Positions 19,434 to 28,329 of a DNA stretch of 64,000 nt are shown in pieces. Location of the stretch: NCBI GenBank assembly GCA_046339535.1, contig JBKDUK010000416.1, positions 26,834-90,833 on the forward strand, given 5' to 3'. The notes beneath the pieces were generated by a model. That model was given only the letters and a program-made list of their open reading frames with translations, had not been told where the DNA came from and did no database searches. Every line of letters starts with the position of its first letter. Position 1 is the first letter of the stretch. The stretch is from Planctomycetaceae bacterium (GTDB taxonomy: Bacteria; Planctomycetota; Planctomycetia; Planctomycetales; Planctomycetaceae). Both the position numbers and the translations under genes were made by a program.

Positions 19434-20269
19434 TCTTCGTCCACCGGTTTCCGCCCCCGACTGACAACCGTCACCACATCGGCAAGGTCCGTCAGAACCA
19501 GTCGATTGTCTTCGTATTGGACCAGAACCTTGCGGGCGAGCAACTCCTGGGCAGTGACCCTTCCCTGTCCCCTCCGGGTCAGCACAGTCGACCCCACTCC
19601 AGGCATCTCACGGCGGTGCTCTTCGTAGGTGTCGTACTCGTATCGCAGACAACACTTCAGCCGGCCGCACCGGCCGGAAATCTTGGTCGGATCCAGCGAA
19701 GCTTTCTGCAGCTTCGCCATCTTCATCGAAACCGGGGGCATTTCCCGCAAATGCGTGTTGCAGCAGACCGGCTTGCCGCAATCCCCATAGTCAGCCAGAA
19801 ACTTGGCTTCGTCCCGGACTCCAATCTGGCGCATCTCAATCCGCAATTGAAAGCGGTTCGCCAGAGCCTTCACCAATTCGCGAAAATCCACCCGCGCTTC
19901 GGACACGTAATAGAAAACCAGCCGCTCATCCCCCAGAAGGTGCTCCACATCAACCAAGTGCATGGCCAGGGAATGCTGGGAAATCAACTCGCGACATCCC
20001 TGAAACTCTGTCGGCTCCTGATCCCGCAACTCCTCAATCCGACGTCGATCCTGGTCGTTCAACTCCCGAAGAATGTGACCCCGGATGTCGGTGGTCCCAA
20101 GATATTCCCGCGTACGTTCGGAGGCGGGACATAGCACCTCGCCCACCTCATGGCCCCGATCAGAGCGAACGACAACCTGTGCTCCGCGGGGATATTCTCC
20201 TCGTCCACGGACGCCAAACTCTGCAACATGACGGGGAAGTCCGTAGCGAACGATGTAACGCTGTTCCAT
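19430..20269 (-). CDS. PSP1 C-terminal domain protein (RicT/YaaT-like)
   Basis: 279 aa. Has the PSP1-type cysteine cluster GKPVCCNTH...GRCGRLKCCLRYE typical of RicT/YaaT homologues. Confidence 0.75.
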   Translation of the reverse strand: MEQRYIVRYGLPRHVAEFGVRGRGEYPRGAQVVVRSDRGHEVGEVLCPASERTREYLGTTDIRGHILRELNDQDRRRIEELRDQEPTEFQGCRELISQHSLAMHLVDVEHLLGDERLVFYYVSEARVDFRELVKALANRFQLRIEMRQIGVRDEAKFLADYGDCGKPVCCNTHLREMPPVSMKMAKLQKASLDPTKISGRCGRLKCCLRYEYDTYEEHRREMPGVGSTVLTRRGQGRVTAQELLARKVLVQYEDNRLVLTDLADVVTVVSRGRKPVDEE

Positions 20270-20370
20270 GAACCGGGAGCCTTGGCCTTCTGTCCTGTAG
20301 GTCTCTGGAGTGTACCTCAGAGAGCCTGCGGGGCAAAGCCCCCCGACGTCGTCGGAGGACCAGGCAATCC

Positions 20371-23148
20371 CTACTCAGACATTGAACCGCCAACAGTCGA
20401 CCAGATCCGCTGCTCCAGATCACCCGTGGTCAGTTCTGCCAGCCCTCCTGCTGATCCCGGTCGTGCTCCAGCCCGCATCAGACTCGCTGCTGAAAGGCCA
20501 TCCAGCGGCGAAGTCCAGGGGATTTCCCCAGCCGAAGAACTGAACAGCACCAGATTGTCCACGTCGGTCCAATCATTCAGCACCCGCGAAACAGTTGCCG
20601 GAGACAGTGCCGAGCCATGGAGAACTGGGGAGGTGTTCGAGAGCGATCCGAAACCGCGGTAAATCTCTGGAATCCTCGACAGAAGCTGCAGATTCTCTGG
20701 ACTGTCCCACGGCAAATCAAAGCGATATGCCGCGTACAAATCCTTGCGTCCGAGGTAGGGAAGCAACGCGACCCGCCAGCTATGCAGGGGGGCAGCAGGC
20801 TCCCTTTGCAATGCCAGAGGGGGAAATCCTCCATGATCCACTCGATAGGCCAGCAACGCACTCCGCAGAAGATCCACGGATTGTTCCAGATACGCCCTCT
20901 CATGCACCAGCCAGTGCTGTTCGAAACTGACCACTTCATCGGGCAAATCCCGCAATCGCAACGCAATTCCCAGAATGGCCGACAGGGACGCGTCAACCTG
21001 CAATCGATCAGACAGAGCCTCTGTCGGGCAGTGACTCACCAGCCGCTGACACCACGTGTTGCCATGGACCGGATCGTAGTTTTCCGGATCCTGTCCTCCA
21101 GGAGGCACTGGCTTTGCCACACGAAGCTTCCAGTCCTTTTTGAGACCCTCTACGGCGGACACAAGGGTCTGGGAGGATCCACCCGTTTTGGGGATGACCT
21201 GCAACTGAAACTGGTCGTGGTCCAGGTCCAGCGCCGCCAGAGCAAACTCGGCCGTTCGACTCCAGTCAGAAAGCTGATCGACCAGATCTCCCAGCACAGC
21301 GGTGTAGTTGGCATGTGCAACCTGAAAACGAGACACCATTCCAGGACGAAATCCGATGACGGCATCACCTGTGGCGGCACGATCCCATGCGGCAATCCAG
21401 TCCGGCGAGGGGGAATTGGAAGCCGAAGTCACCGACAGATTCAATACCATCTCATCACGGCACAGCAGCAAATTGCACTCCCCCTCCGGAGAGAGCACGG
21501 CTCTCTGCGGAGCGGGCCCTCCGAGCAGGCGGTAGCCAAGGTTTTGCTCCGGATTGTGCTTAAGATACGCAAACACCGCATCCCGAATGTCTTTCGAACG
21601 GAAATTCAAAGCCACTCCGTCCGGCAGCAAGGAATTCACTTCCCCCGTCACGGAGCCGTCGGAATCGACCCAAAACAGAGAAACCTGTTCGAGACCTTCC
21701 ACAAGCTCATCGGGCCAGCGATTTGCAGGATCGAACAGCAGGGACGAGACAGGATGCGAACCGCGGACTTGCTTCGGAGCCCAGACCACCCAAGCTGCAG
21801 CCGACTGCGGAACAAATTTCGATCCCAGACGGACCACCGGCCGTTCAGCAGCATCGGAACCGGCCAGGGGACGGAGCCCTGCCAGAACCAGTCCAACGCA
21901 CACCACCACCCCGCGGACTGCTGCCCGCCACGAGAACGAGCCCTCTCCAGCCTCCAGCTTGTTCCCCCGCAACAGTTCAACACGCGTTATCAGCATGCCA
22001 GGCTGAGGCCAAAAGGTCCGGGCAGGCCCGGGAAGCGAAGCGGTATGGTCCCTCAAGGCCATTTCCGCAAGCATCCGCAGATACGGCTTGTGCCCCCCCA
22101 AGACACGAACTGCTGCAGCGTCGGCTGCCAGTTCCTGCTCGAGATGCAGACGGTTGACCAGCCAATTGATCAGGGGGTGATAGAAGTGCAGCGATAACAC
22201 CAGTTGAGAGAACAATCCCGTAATGAAGTCATGGCGACTGACATGGGCCAACTCATGGGCCAATACCCCCAGACGCTCTTCTTCGTTCCAATCCTCCCAG
22301 TCCGCCGGAAGAATCACAACCGGACGCCACCATCCGATGGTCGCTGGCGAGGTCATTTCCGCTGTCTGTCTCAGTTCGACGGGTACCCGCACGCTCAGAG
22401 CGGCCTGCACGATATCCAGAGATTCCTGAAGGGCCGGGGAATCGATCAGTGTCGATCGATGACGGAAACGACGCAATTCCCACCACCCGACGGCCAGCCG
22501 CAGCAGGTTGAACGTCACGCCGGCCAACAGCAGCACACCAGCCAGCCATCCCCACTGCAACAGCCATTGAAATCGATCGGCCAACCTGTCGCGAAGTCCG
22601 ACAATCCCTGTCAAAACCGGCTGGAGAATTGCACTGATTTTTCCGGACCAACGCCGAGACGTCGCAGCCTGACCTTCGCGTCCAGCCGCAAGCAAGCCCG
22701 GGTTCGCGAGACTGGGAGAGCCATCCACAACGACCGGCGAGGTCAGACCAGCGTCAGCTTGAGGGCGTCGGCTATTGTCTGCGACAGCAGCCATGCCAAC
22801 TTCAAATACAGAATCCCGCGAGACGGGACCTGACAAATCTTCACGTGCGGCCACCGGCGTGGCCGCACGTTGATCCAACCCTGCAGCCGCTGTGACGGGG
22901 ACCCGTTCCACAGCGGAAACAGCACTGCCCGATGGAGTCTGTCCCAAATCGAGAACAGCCACCCAATTGGGATACGGACTCAGACAGAGGGCTGACAGTG
23001 CCAAAACGACGAACACCCCGGTGGACGCAATGGAACTGCGAAACCCAGGATGCGAGCGACGGCTGCACAAATAGCAGACCGACACCACCGCTGCGAGCAG
23101 AGTCACCTGCACAACACAAAAGGCGACCGCCAATCCCAAATCGTCCAT
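20371..23148 (-). CDS. BlaR1/MecR1-family M56 peptidase signal transducer with about 600-aa C-terminal extracellular extension
   Basis: 925 aa. N-terminal TM helices are followed by the zinc-peptidase motif HELAHVSRHD (HExxH) in the M56 context (LGVLAHELAHVSRHDFITG). It lies immediately downstream of a BlaI-family repressor gene. The large C-terminal region has no recognisable family. Confidence 0.8.
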   Translation of the reverse strand: MDDLGLAVAFCVVQVTLLAAVVSVCYLCSRRSHPGFRSSIASTGVFVVLALSALCLSPYPNWVAVLDLGQTPSGSAVSAVERVPVTAAAGLDQRAATPVAAREDLSGPVSRDSVFEVGMAAVADNSRRPQADAGLTSPVVVDGSPSLANPGLLAAGREGQAATSRRWSGKISAILQPVLTGIVGLRDRLADRFQWLLQWGWLAGVLLLAGVTFNLLRLAVGWWELRRFRHRSTLIDSPALQESLDIVQAALSVRVPVELRQTAEMTSPATIGWWRPVVILPADWEDWNEEERLGVLAHELAHVSRHDFITGLFSQLVLSLHFYHPLINWLVNRLHLEQELAADAAAVRVLGGHKPYLRMLAEMALRDHTASLPGPARTFWPQPGMLITRVELLRGNKLEAGEGSFSWRAAVRGVVVCVGLVLAGLRPLAGSDAAERPVVRLGSKFVPQSAAAWVVWAPKQVRGSHPVSSLLFDPANRWPDELVEGLEQVSLFWVDSDGSVTGEVNSLLPDGVALNFRSKDIRDAVFAYLKHNPEQNLGYRLLGGPAPQRAVLSPEGECNLLLCRDEMVLNLSVTSASNSPSPDWIAAWDRAATGDAVIGFRPGMVSRFQVAHANYTAVLGDLVDQLSDWSRTAEFALAALDLDHDQFQLQVIPKTGGSSQTLVSAVEGLKKDWKLRVAKPVPPGGQDPENYDPVHGNTWCQRLVSHCPTEALSDRLQVDASLSAILGIALRLRDLPDEVVSFEQHWLVHERAYLEQSVDLLRSALLAYRVDHGGFPPLALQREPAAPLHSWRVALLPYLGRKDLYAAYRFDLPWDSPENLQLLSRIPEIYRGFGSLSNTSPVLHGSALSPATVSRVLNDWTDVDNLVLFSSSAGEIPWTSPLDGLSAASLMRAGARPGSAGGLAELTTGDLEQRIWSTVGGSMSE

Positions 23149-23166
23149 CCCGCCTACCTCATCATC

Positions 23167-23547
23167 TCAATGGCGGTCCTTGAGAACCTCTTCAAGCAGC
23201 CGACGCTCGGCGCTGTTCAACTTCTTCTGCTCCATCAACCGCACCAGCAACTTCTCACGTGAACCCCCGAACACCTTCTTCACCATGTCGGTGACCAGAT
23301 TCGAAGACACATCCTCAAAAGTCCGGATCGGCTTGAACCGCAGTGGACGCTCGTCGTTGGTCTGCTCGAGAAATCCCTTGTCGGTCAGAATGCGAACCAG
23401 CGTCGCAACCGTCGTGTAGGCCAGTTCCCGCCCCTTGTCAGCCAATTGATCTTTCGCTGATGCGACAGTTTGTTCCCCCGACCTCCAAAAGGTATGCATG
23501 ACTTCCAACTCACGCTCAGTCAACTCAGCCGCACGGGGTCTCGCCAT
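23167..23547 (-). CDS. BlaI/MecI/CopY-family transcriptional repressor
   Basis: ORF 23167..23571 trimmed to MARPRAAELTERELEVMHTFW... (126 aa). It has the penicillinase-repressor wHTH (ELEVM..W......V..V.....AYTTVATLVRIL..KGFL) and sits 18 nt upstream of the M56 gene. Confidence 0.85.
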   Translation of the reverse strand: MARPRAAELTERELEVMHTFWRSGEQTVASAKDQLADKGRELAYTTVATLVRILTDKGFLEQTNDERPLRFKPIRTFEDVSSNLVTDMVKKVFGGSREKLLVRLMEQKKLNSAERRLLEEVLKDRH

Positions 23548-23606
23548 CGAAACAACTCCTCTGAAATGCAAAACTCATCACTGCAGCGAAGCATTCGCAA
23601 CAGTCA

Positions 23607-23634
23607 GGAAATCAACGCACCGGAAATCAACGCA
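23607..23634. repeat. tandem direct repeat GGAAATCAACGCA x2 (15-bp period) upstream of the blaI-like gene
   Basis: Seen directly as caGGAAATCAACGCAccGGAAATCAACGCAtct, 60-90 nt upstream of the BlaI start. Confidence 0.5.
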
Positions 23635-23662
23635 TCTCCTGCATGCCCGAAACTTTCGGACG

Positions 23663-23691
23663 TTCGTTGGTTTCCCGAATTCTGGTATAAT
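23663..23691 (+). promoter_or_regulatory. candidate promoter (TTCGTT-N17-TATAAT) in the BlaI / S9-peptidase divergent region
   Basis: A perfect TATAAT -10 hexamer is seen directly with 17-nt spacing from a weak -35. It lies about 190 nt upstream of the + strand S9 peptidase gene. Confidence 0.3.
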
Positions 23692-23883
23692 TGGAGCCGG
23701 ATATCGACAAGTCAAGGTCTGTTCCCCTGATTCTCTGAAAAAACAAAAAAGCCAGCAAACTGCTCGATCCCCGTCGTTTCCCCTACCATTCTGTCGTGAA
23801 CAACCCAAGCCACACGCCGGGATTCCGGCCCCCGCAATCTGTCGGTCTGCTGCTCATTTTCCAACTTTTTCTCAAGTTCTCCC

Positions 23884-25872
23884 ATGGTCCTTCCCCGATT
23901 GTCAATCGCGCTGCTCCTTTCGGTCAGCGTGTGGTTTCAACTCCACTCTCCGGGCGGGATTCTGGCCCAAACGCTCGACCCAGACAGATTTCGGCCCCCC
24001 GCCATTGAAACCCGGAGCGTGCCATCCATTCCCGCCGATCTCCCGGAACGTCTCCGACAGTACCAGTCGGTTCGTAACGCCGCATTTCGGGGATGGTATC
24101 CCGATGGACAGGGAATGCTGATCGTCACCCGATTCGGAGACACCAATCAACTCCATCGTGTTTTCCAGCCGGGAGGTCGCCGTGAGCAACTCACCTTCCA
24201 GACCGAACCGGTCAATGGTCGCCCCGTACCGGGAACCCACGATGGAGCCCTGATCCTGACCGTCAGCCAGGGGGGGAACGAGAATGATCAGGTGCTGCAT
24301 TCCAACCCCTCCACGGGACAGATCCGGATGCTGACCGATGGGACCTCCCGTAACCTGTTGGGGCCAATCCATCGCGAGTTACGCTCGGCCGTCATCCACA
24401 GCAATCGTCGCAATGGGAGGGACACCGATCTCCTGCTGGCATCCCTCGACGCCGACACTCCGCTCCAACCCCTCCTCGAGGTCCAAAACGAGCACTGGAA
24501 CGCTCTGGACTGGTCCCCCGATGGTCAGCGTCTGCTGCTGCAGAAATATGTGTCGATCAACGAGTCCCTCTCCGCCATTCTCGAAATCCCATCCCGCCGA
24601 CTGATCCCCCTGCCACTTCGAGGCGAAGCGCCCAGCGCCTCAGCGGCCATGCGGTTCTCAGCCGATGGCCGCTCGATCTACCTCGCGACCGACCTGCGGG
24701 GGGAATTCCGGGAACTGGCCAACTACGACCTCGAAACACATCAACTGCAGTGGCTCTCGGGACAGATTCCCTGGGATGTCACCGAAATCGAGGTGCACCC
24801 CAAATCCGGGCAGGTCGCGTTCCTGACGAACGAGGACGGTGCCGGCGGGCTGTACCTCCTGGAGGCGGGCCAGCCCCGCCGCTTTCCCCTCCCCCTGGGA
24901 ACGCTCGCGGACCTCGAGTTTGATCCCGACGGACAGCACTTGGGGTTCACCCTCGGGACACCCAGCGCCCCGACGGACGCCTGGTCGCTGCGGATTGCCG
25001 ATGGGGAATTGACCCGCTGGACTTACAGCGAGACCGGCGGACTCCCTCCCCAGTCCTTCGTGACCGCGCGGCGCATCGCGTTTCCCAGCTTCGACGGTCG
25101 CGAGATCCCCGCCTATTACTTCCAGCCTCGCACTGCGAACGCGCAGTCTCCGGTGCCCGTCCTGATCAACATCCATGGGGGACCTGAGTCCCAGTACCGT
25201 CCCGTGTTCAGCGGACTGGATCAATTCCATTGCAATCAACTGGGAATTGCCGTCATTCACCCCAACGTTCGTGGTTCCTCCGGCTATGGAAAAACCTATC
25301 TGACACTCGACAATTCCGAACGCCGCGAGGACTCCGTTCGCGACATCGGGGCACTGCTGGACTGGATCGCCCAACAGCCGGAACTCGATGCCTCCAGAGT
25401 CGCCGTCATGGGAGGCTCGTACGGAGGGTATATGGTGCTGGCCTCGTTGACGACCTACCCAGACCGGTTGCGCGCCGGCATCGATGTGGTTGGAATTGCC
25501 AGCTTCCGGAGTTTTCTCAAGAACACCAGCCCCTACCGCCAGGACCTGCGCCGGGCTGAATATGGGGATGAGCGAACACCCGCCATGCAGCAGTTTTTCG
25601 CCCGCATCGATCCCCTGGAGCGGGCGGATCAGATTCGGTCGAAACTCCTGGTGATACACGGCAAGAACGATCCGCGTGTTCCTTTCTCAGAAGCCCGGCA
25701 AATCGCCGACCGGGTTCGGGAACTGGGGCGCGATGTCTGGACCGTCTACGCTGACAACGAGGGGCATGGCTTTTCGAAGAAGCCCAATCGCGATTACCAG
25801 AACGCGGTCGTCGCCCTGTTCCTGCAATATGCACTTGAACTGCCACGGGCCGAGCCAGGTCAGACCCCGTAG
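23884..25872 (+). CDS. S9 family serine peptidase (prolyl oligopeptidase / acylaminoacyl-peptidase-like) with N-terminal beta-propeller, secreted
   Basis: 662 aa with a signal peptide (MVLPRLSIALLLSVSVWFQ). Propeller-like repeats are followed by an alpha/beta-hydrolase catalytic domain with GGSYGGY (GxSxG), a catalytic Asp (KNDPRV) and a His (DNEGHGF). Confidence 0.85.
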   Translation: MVLPRLSIALLLSVSVWFQLHSPGGILAQTLDPDRFRPPAIETRSVPSIPADLPERLRQYQSVRNAAFRGWYPDGQGMLIVTRFGDTNQLHRVFQPGGRREQLTFQTEPVNGRPVPGTHDGALILTVSQGGNENDQVLHSNPSTGQIRMLTDGTSRNLLGPIHRELRSAVIHSNRRNGRDTDLLLASLDADTPLQPLLEVQNEHWNALDWSPDGQRLLLQKYVSINESLSAILEIPSRRLIPLPLRGEAPSASAAMRFSADGRSIYLATDLRGEFRELANYDLETHQLQWLSGQIPWDVTEIEVHPKSGQVAFLTNEDGAGGLYLLEAGQPRRFPLPLGTLADLEFDPDGQHLGFTLGTPSAPTDAWSLRIADGELTRWTYSETGGLPPQSFVTARRIAFPSFDGREIPAYYFQPRTANAQSPVPVLINIHGGPESQYRPVFSGLDQFHCNQLGIAVIHPNVRGSSGYGKTYLTLDNSERREDSVRDIGALLDWIAQQPELDASRVAVMGGSYGGYMVLASLTTYPDRLRAGIDVVGIASFRSFLKNTSPYRQDLRRAEYGDERTPAMQQFFARIDPLERADQIRSKLLVIHGKNDPRVPFSEARQIADRVRELGRDVWTVYADNEGHGFSKKPNRDYQNAVVALFLQYALELPRAEPGQTP

Positions 25873-25950
25873 CAGTTCACCTGCGCGGCAGGCCATCCAA
25901 ATTAGAGCGCCTCGCCGCGTTCGCTGCGTTAACCGCGAGATCATTGCAAC

Positions 25951-25996
25951 CAATGAGCCGGGAGAGTGATTTTTCAGCCACTCTACCGGCTCATTG
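25951..25996. terminator. long hairpin CAATGAGCCGG-GAGAGTG-(loop)-CACTCT-a-CCGGCTCATTG between convergent genes
   Basis: Seen directly. An 11-bp perfect outer stem plus a 6-7-bp inner stem lies between the S9 peptidase stop and the MBL-fold gene stop. Confidence 0.55.
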
Positions 25997-26046
25997 TGCA
26001 TGCCGACGGCGGGAGATTTCTCACGCGACGGATATGACCGGGCCCC

Positions 26047-26982
26047 TCATTTGGTCCGGCCGCCGAGCTCTTTGAAAACGTGCTCGATGTTCTCGCCCTG
26101 CTGCCGCACGGGAACTCCAGTCCAATCCTGATACCAGGGAAAGTCGATATTCTCCTTGATTTCGGACAAGGTCTTCCCCTTCGAGACCGCTTCACCAATG
26201 AACTGGCGCAACTCGACGAAATACCGGCGCTGCAGGTCAATCAGTCCGGCGTCGCTCATTTCCCCATGCCCCGGACAGACTTTCTGAACGGGCAACTTCT
26301 TCATCTCGGTGAGGGCCCCGATCCAACTCTCGGTATTCGAATCTCCCATATAGTTGAATGGGCCATTGAGGCAGCTGTCTCCCGTGAACAGAATCCCCTG
26401 CTTCGGCAACCAGGCCACCGCATCACCCTTGGTGTGCCCATGCGCGATGTGCAGCAGCTCCACCCGCTGCCTCGAATCCTCGATCACCAGCTTCTTGGGG
26501 AAATACAGACTGGGGGTCAGGTAGTCGAGCTTCCCATACTCGGCCGACTTGTCCTTCTTTGCCCGCTCGAATCCCTGAATGCCCTTCGTCCGGAACTCTT
26601 CGGCCGCGTTTTCGGACGCGATCGCGGTGGCACCAATCTTGCCAAAAATCGGGTTTCCATCCGCATGGTCGCCATGGTAATGCGTGTCGAAGACATAACG
26701 GATCGGCTTGTCAGTCGTCTTCCGGATCAGCGGAATGATCTCCTCCGCCTGGTTGGGGAAGTTCGCATCGATGACCAGAACGAAGTCGTTGAAGATCACC
26801 CACCCCTGATTGCAGCCGATGAAGTCTGGCTTCCAGCGGGTCTTGCGAAACCAGACGCCCGGGGCCACCTCGGTGACCGTGGTCTCATCGGACTTGAACC
26901 AGCCGACGGCAAACCCTCCGACCCCCAGCAGCATCGCGCCGGTCAAAACACTCACGATCACTCGACGGGGAATCTGGTTCAT
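26047..26982 (-). CDS. MBL-fold metallo-hydrolase (metallo-beta-lactamase superfamily), secreted/membrane-anchored
   Basis: 311 aa with an N-terminal hydrophobic anchor. Has the HxHxDH motif THYHGDHADG plus downstream His (HIAHGHTKGD) and Asp/His ligands (TGD..., CPGHG). Confidence 0.85.
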   Translation of the reverse strand: MNQIPRRVIVSVLTGAMLLGVGGFAVGWFKSDETTVTEVAPGVWFRKTRWKPDFIGCNQGWVIFNDFVLVIDANFPNQAEEIIPLIRKTTDKPIRYVFDTHYHGDHADGNPIFGKIGATAIASENAAEEFRTKGIQGFERAKKDKSAEYGKLDYLTPSLYFPKKLVIEDSRQRVELLHIAHGHTKGDAVAWLPKQGILFTGDSCLNGPFNYMGDSNTESWIGALTEMKKLPVQKVCPGHGEMSDAGLIDLQRRYFVELRQFIGEAVSKGKTLSEIKENIDFPWYQDWTGVPVRQQGENIEHVFKELGGRTK

Positions 26983-27232
26983 CTGCGACTCACCAAGTAG
27001 GTTTCAGTGACGGCTTCGGGGCGTAAAGCGGCCCTCTCGCGATTATGTTCGCCGCCCAAAAAATCCTCAACTCCCCCCAGCACCCGCGGCGTGTTGGCTT
27101 GGGAGTGCGAACAACGACGGGCCCCGGTTCCTGCGGCCCCGGTTCCACTGCGGCGTTCCGGTTGTCACTGGCATCCGTTAATCTCGACGAGCGATCACCC
27201 ACACCCGACTCCAATCAGCCGCGGTTGCTCCC

Positions 27233-28249
27233 ATGAACCCCGCTCCACACGGCCCCACACCTGCCCGGATTCTCGAGACACTGAACGCTTTTCAGCGCAG
27301 CGCAGCCCTCAAGGCGGCCATCGATCTCGACCTGTTCACTCATCTGGGGCGGGGGGCGGCGACGGCTGGGGCACTTGCAGCCGCCTGTGGCGGAGACCCT
27401 CGGGCCACTCGCATTTTGTGCGATTATCTCACTGTCCAGGGGTTTCTGCGGAAGCAGGCAGAGAACTATGAGGCCGCTCCGGATGCCGCCTTGTTCCTCG
27501 ATCACAATTCCCCAGCGTACTTTGGATCGGTCACCGACTTTCTGCATTCGGGCCCGCTGCTCGACGCCTTCCGCGACATGGCCCAGACCGTTCGTCGGGG
27601 CCGGACACCATTGCCGGGTTCCGGAACGGTCGAAACGAACTTCGCAGGATGGGTCGATTTCGCCCGCTCGATGGTTCCCATGATGCGAAACCCAGCCGCC
27701 TTCCTCGGGCCATTCGCTGCCCGGCTGCGCCCCGGACCAATCCGGGTTCTGGATCTCGCCGCAGGACACGGTTTGTTCGGAATTGCCGTGGCCCGGGAGA
27801 ATCCCGCCGCACGGATCGTCGCCCTCGACTGGGCCCCGGTGCTGCAGGTGGCCCGCGAAAACGCCATCGCCGCGGGAGTGGCCGACCGGCACACACTGCA
27901 TCCGGGAGATGCCCTGCAGGTGGATCTGGAGGGGCCCTACCAGCTCATCCTCGTGACGAATTTCCTGCATCACTTTTCCCGCGAGACAAACGTCGCACTT
28001 CTCCAGCGGCTGGCGGGAGCCCTGGCTCCCGACGGACTGGTTTTGACGCTGGAATTCATCCCCAACGCCGATCGCATCTCGCCCCCCATGCCGGCCGAAT
28101 TCGCCCTGACCATGCTGGGGACGACGGCCGAGGGGGATGCCTATACCTTCGAAGAGTACGCGTCCATGTTCGAAGCGGCGGGCCTGACCCAAAACGAATG
28201 TCTGGACGTACCCGCTTCGACTCAACGGCTCATCATCAGCGGCCGCTGA
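27233..28249 (+). CDS. class I SAM-dependent O-methyltransferase (Methyltransf_2 / COMT-like, with N-terminal dimerisation domain)
   Basis: 338 aa. SAM-binding motif VLDLAAGHGLFG, plus LVTNFLHHF and the typical C-terminal O-MT family 2 blocks. Confidence 0.85.
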   Translation: MNPAPHGPTPARILETLNAFQRSAALKAAIDLDLFTHLGRGAATAGALAAACGGDPRATRILCDYLTVQGFLRKQAENYEAAPDAALFLDHNSPAYFGSVTDFLHSGPLLDAFRDMAQTVRRGRTPLPGSGTVETNFAGWVDFARSMVPMMRNPAAFLGPFAARLRPGPIRVLDLAAGHGLFGIAVARENPAARIVALDWAPVLQVARENAIAAGVADRHTLHPGDALQVDLEGPYQLILVTNFLHHFSRETNVALLQRLAGALAPDGLVLTLEFIPNADRISPPMPAEFALTMLGTTAEGDAYTFEEYASMFEAAGLTQNECLDVPASTQRLIISGR

Positions 28250-28329
28250 CCCGCCGGCGCAGGCCCCACCCGAAACGCCCCGACCATCCGACCTCTCCAG
28301 GAGCCCCATGACAGCCGGGGCTGCCCTCC

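Noticed and set aside
20617-22197. 526-aa + strand ORF
   Set aside because: It is antisense to the BlaR1-like M56 gene.
27118-27145. Direct repeat GGCCCCGGTTCC x2 in the MBL/O-methyltransferase intergenic region
   Set aside because: Only two short GC-rich copies in a GC-rich genome, which fits chance occurrence. Noted but not called a feature.
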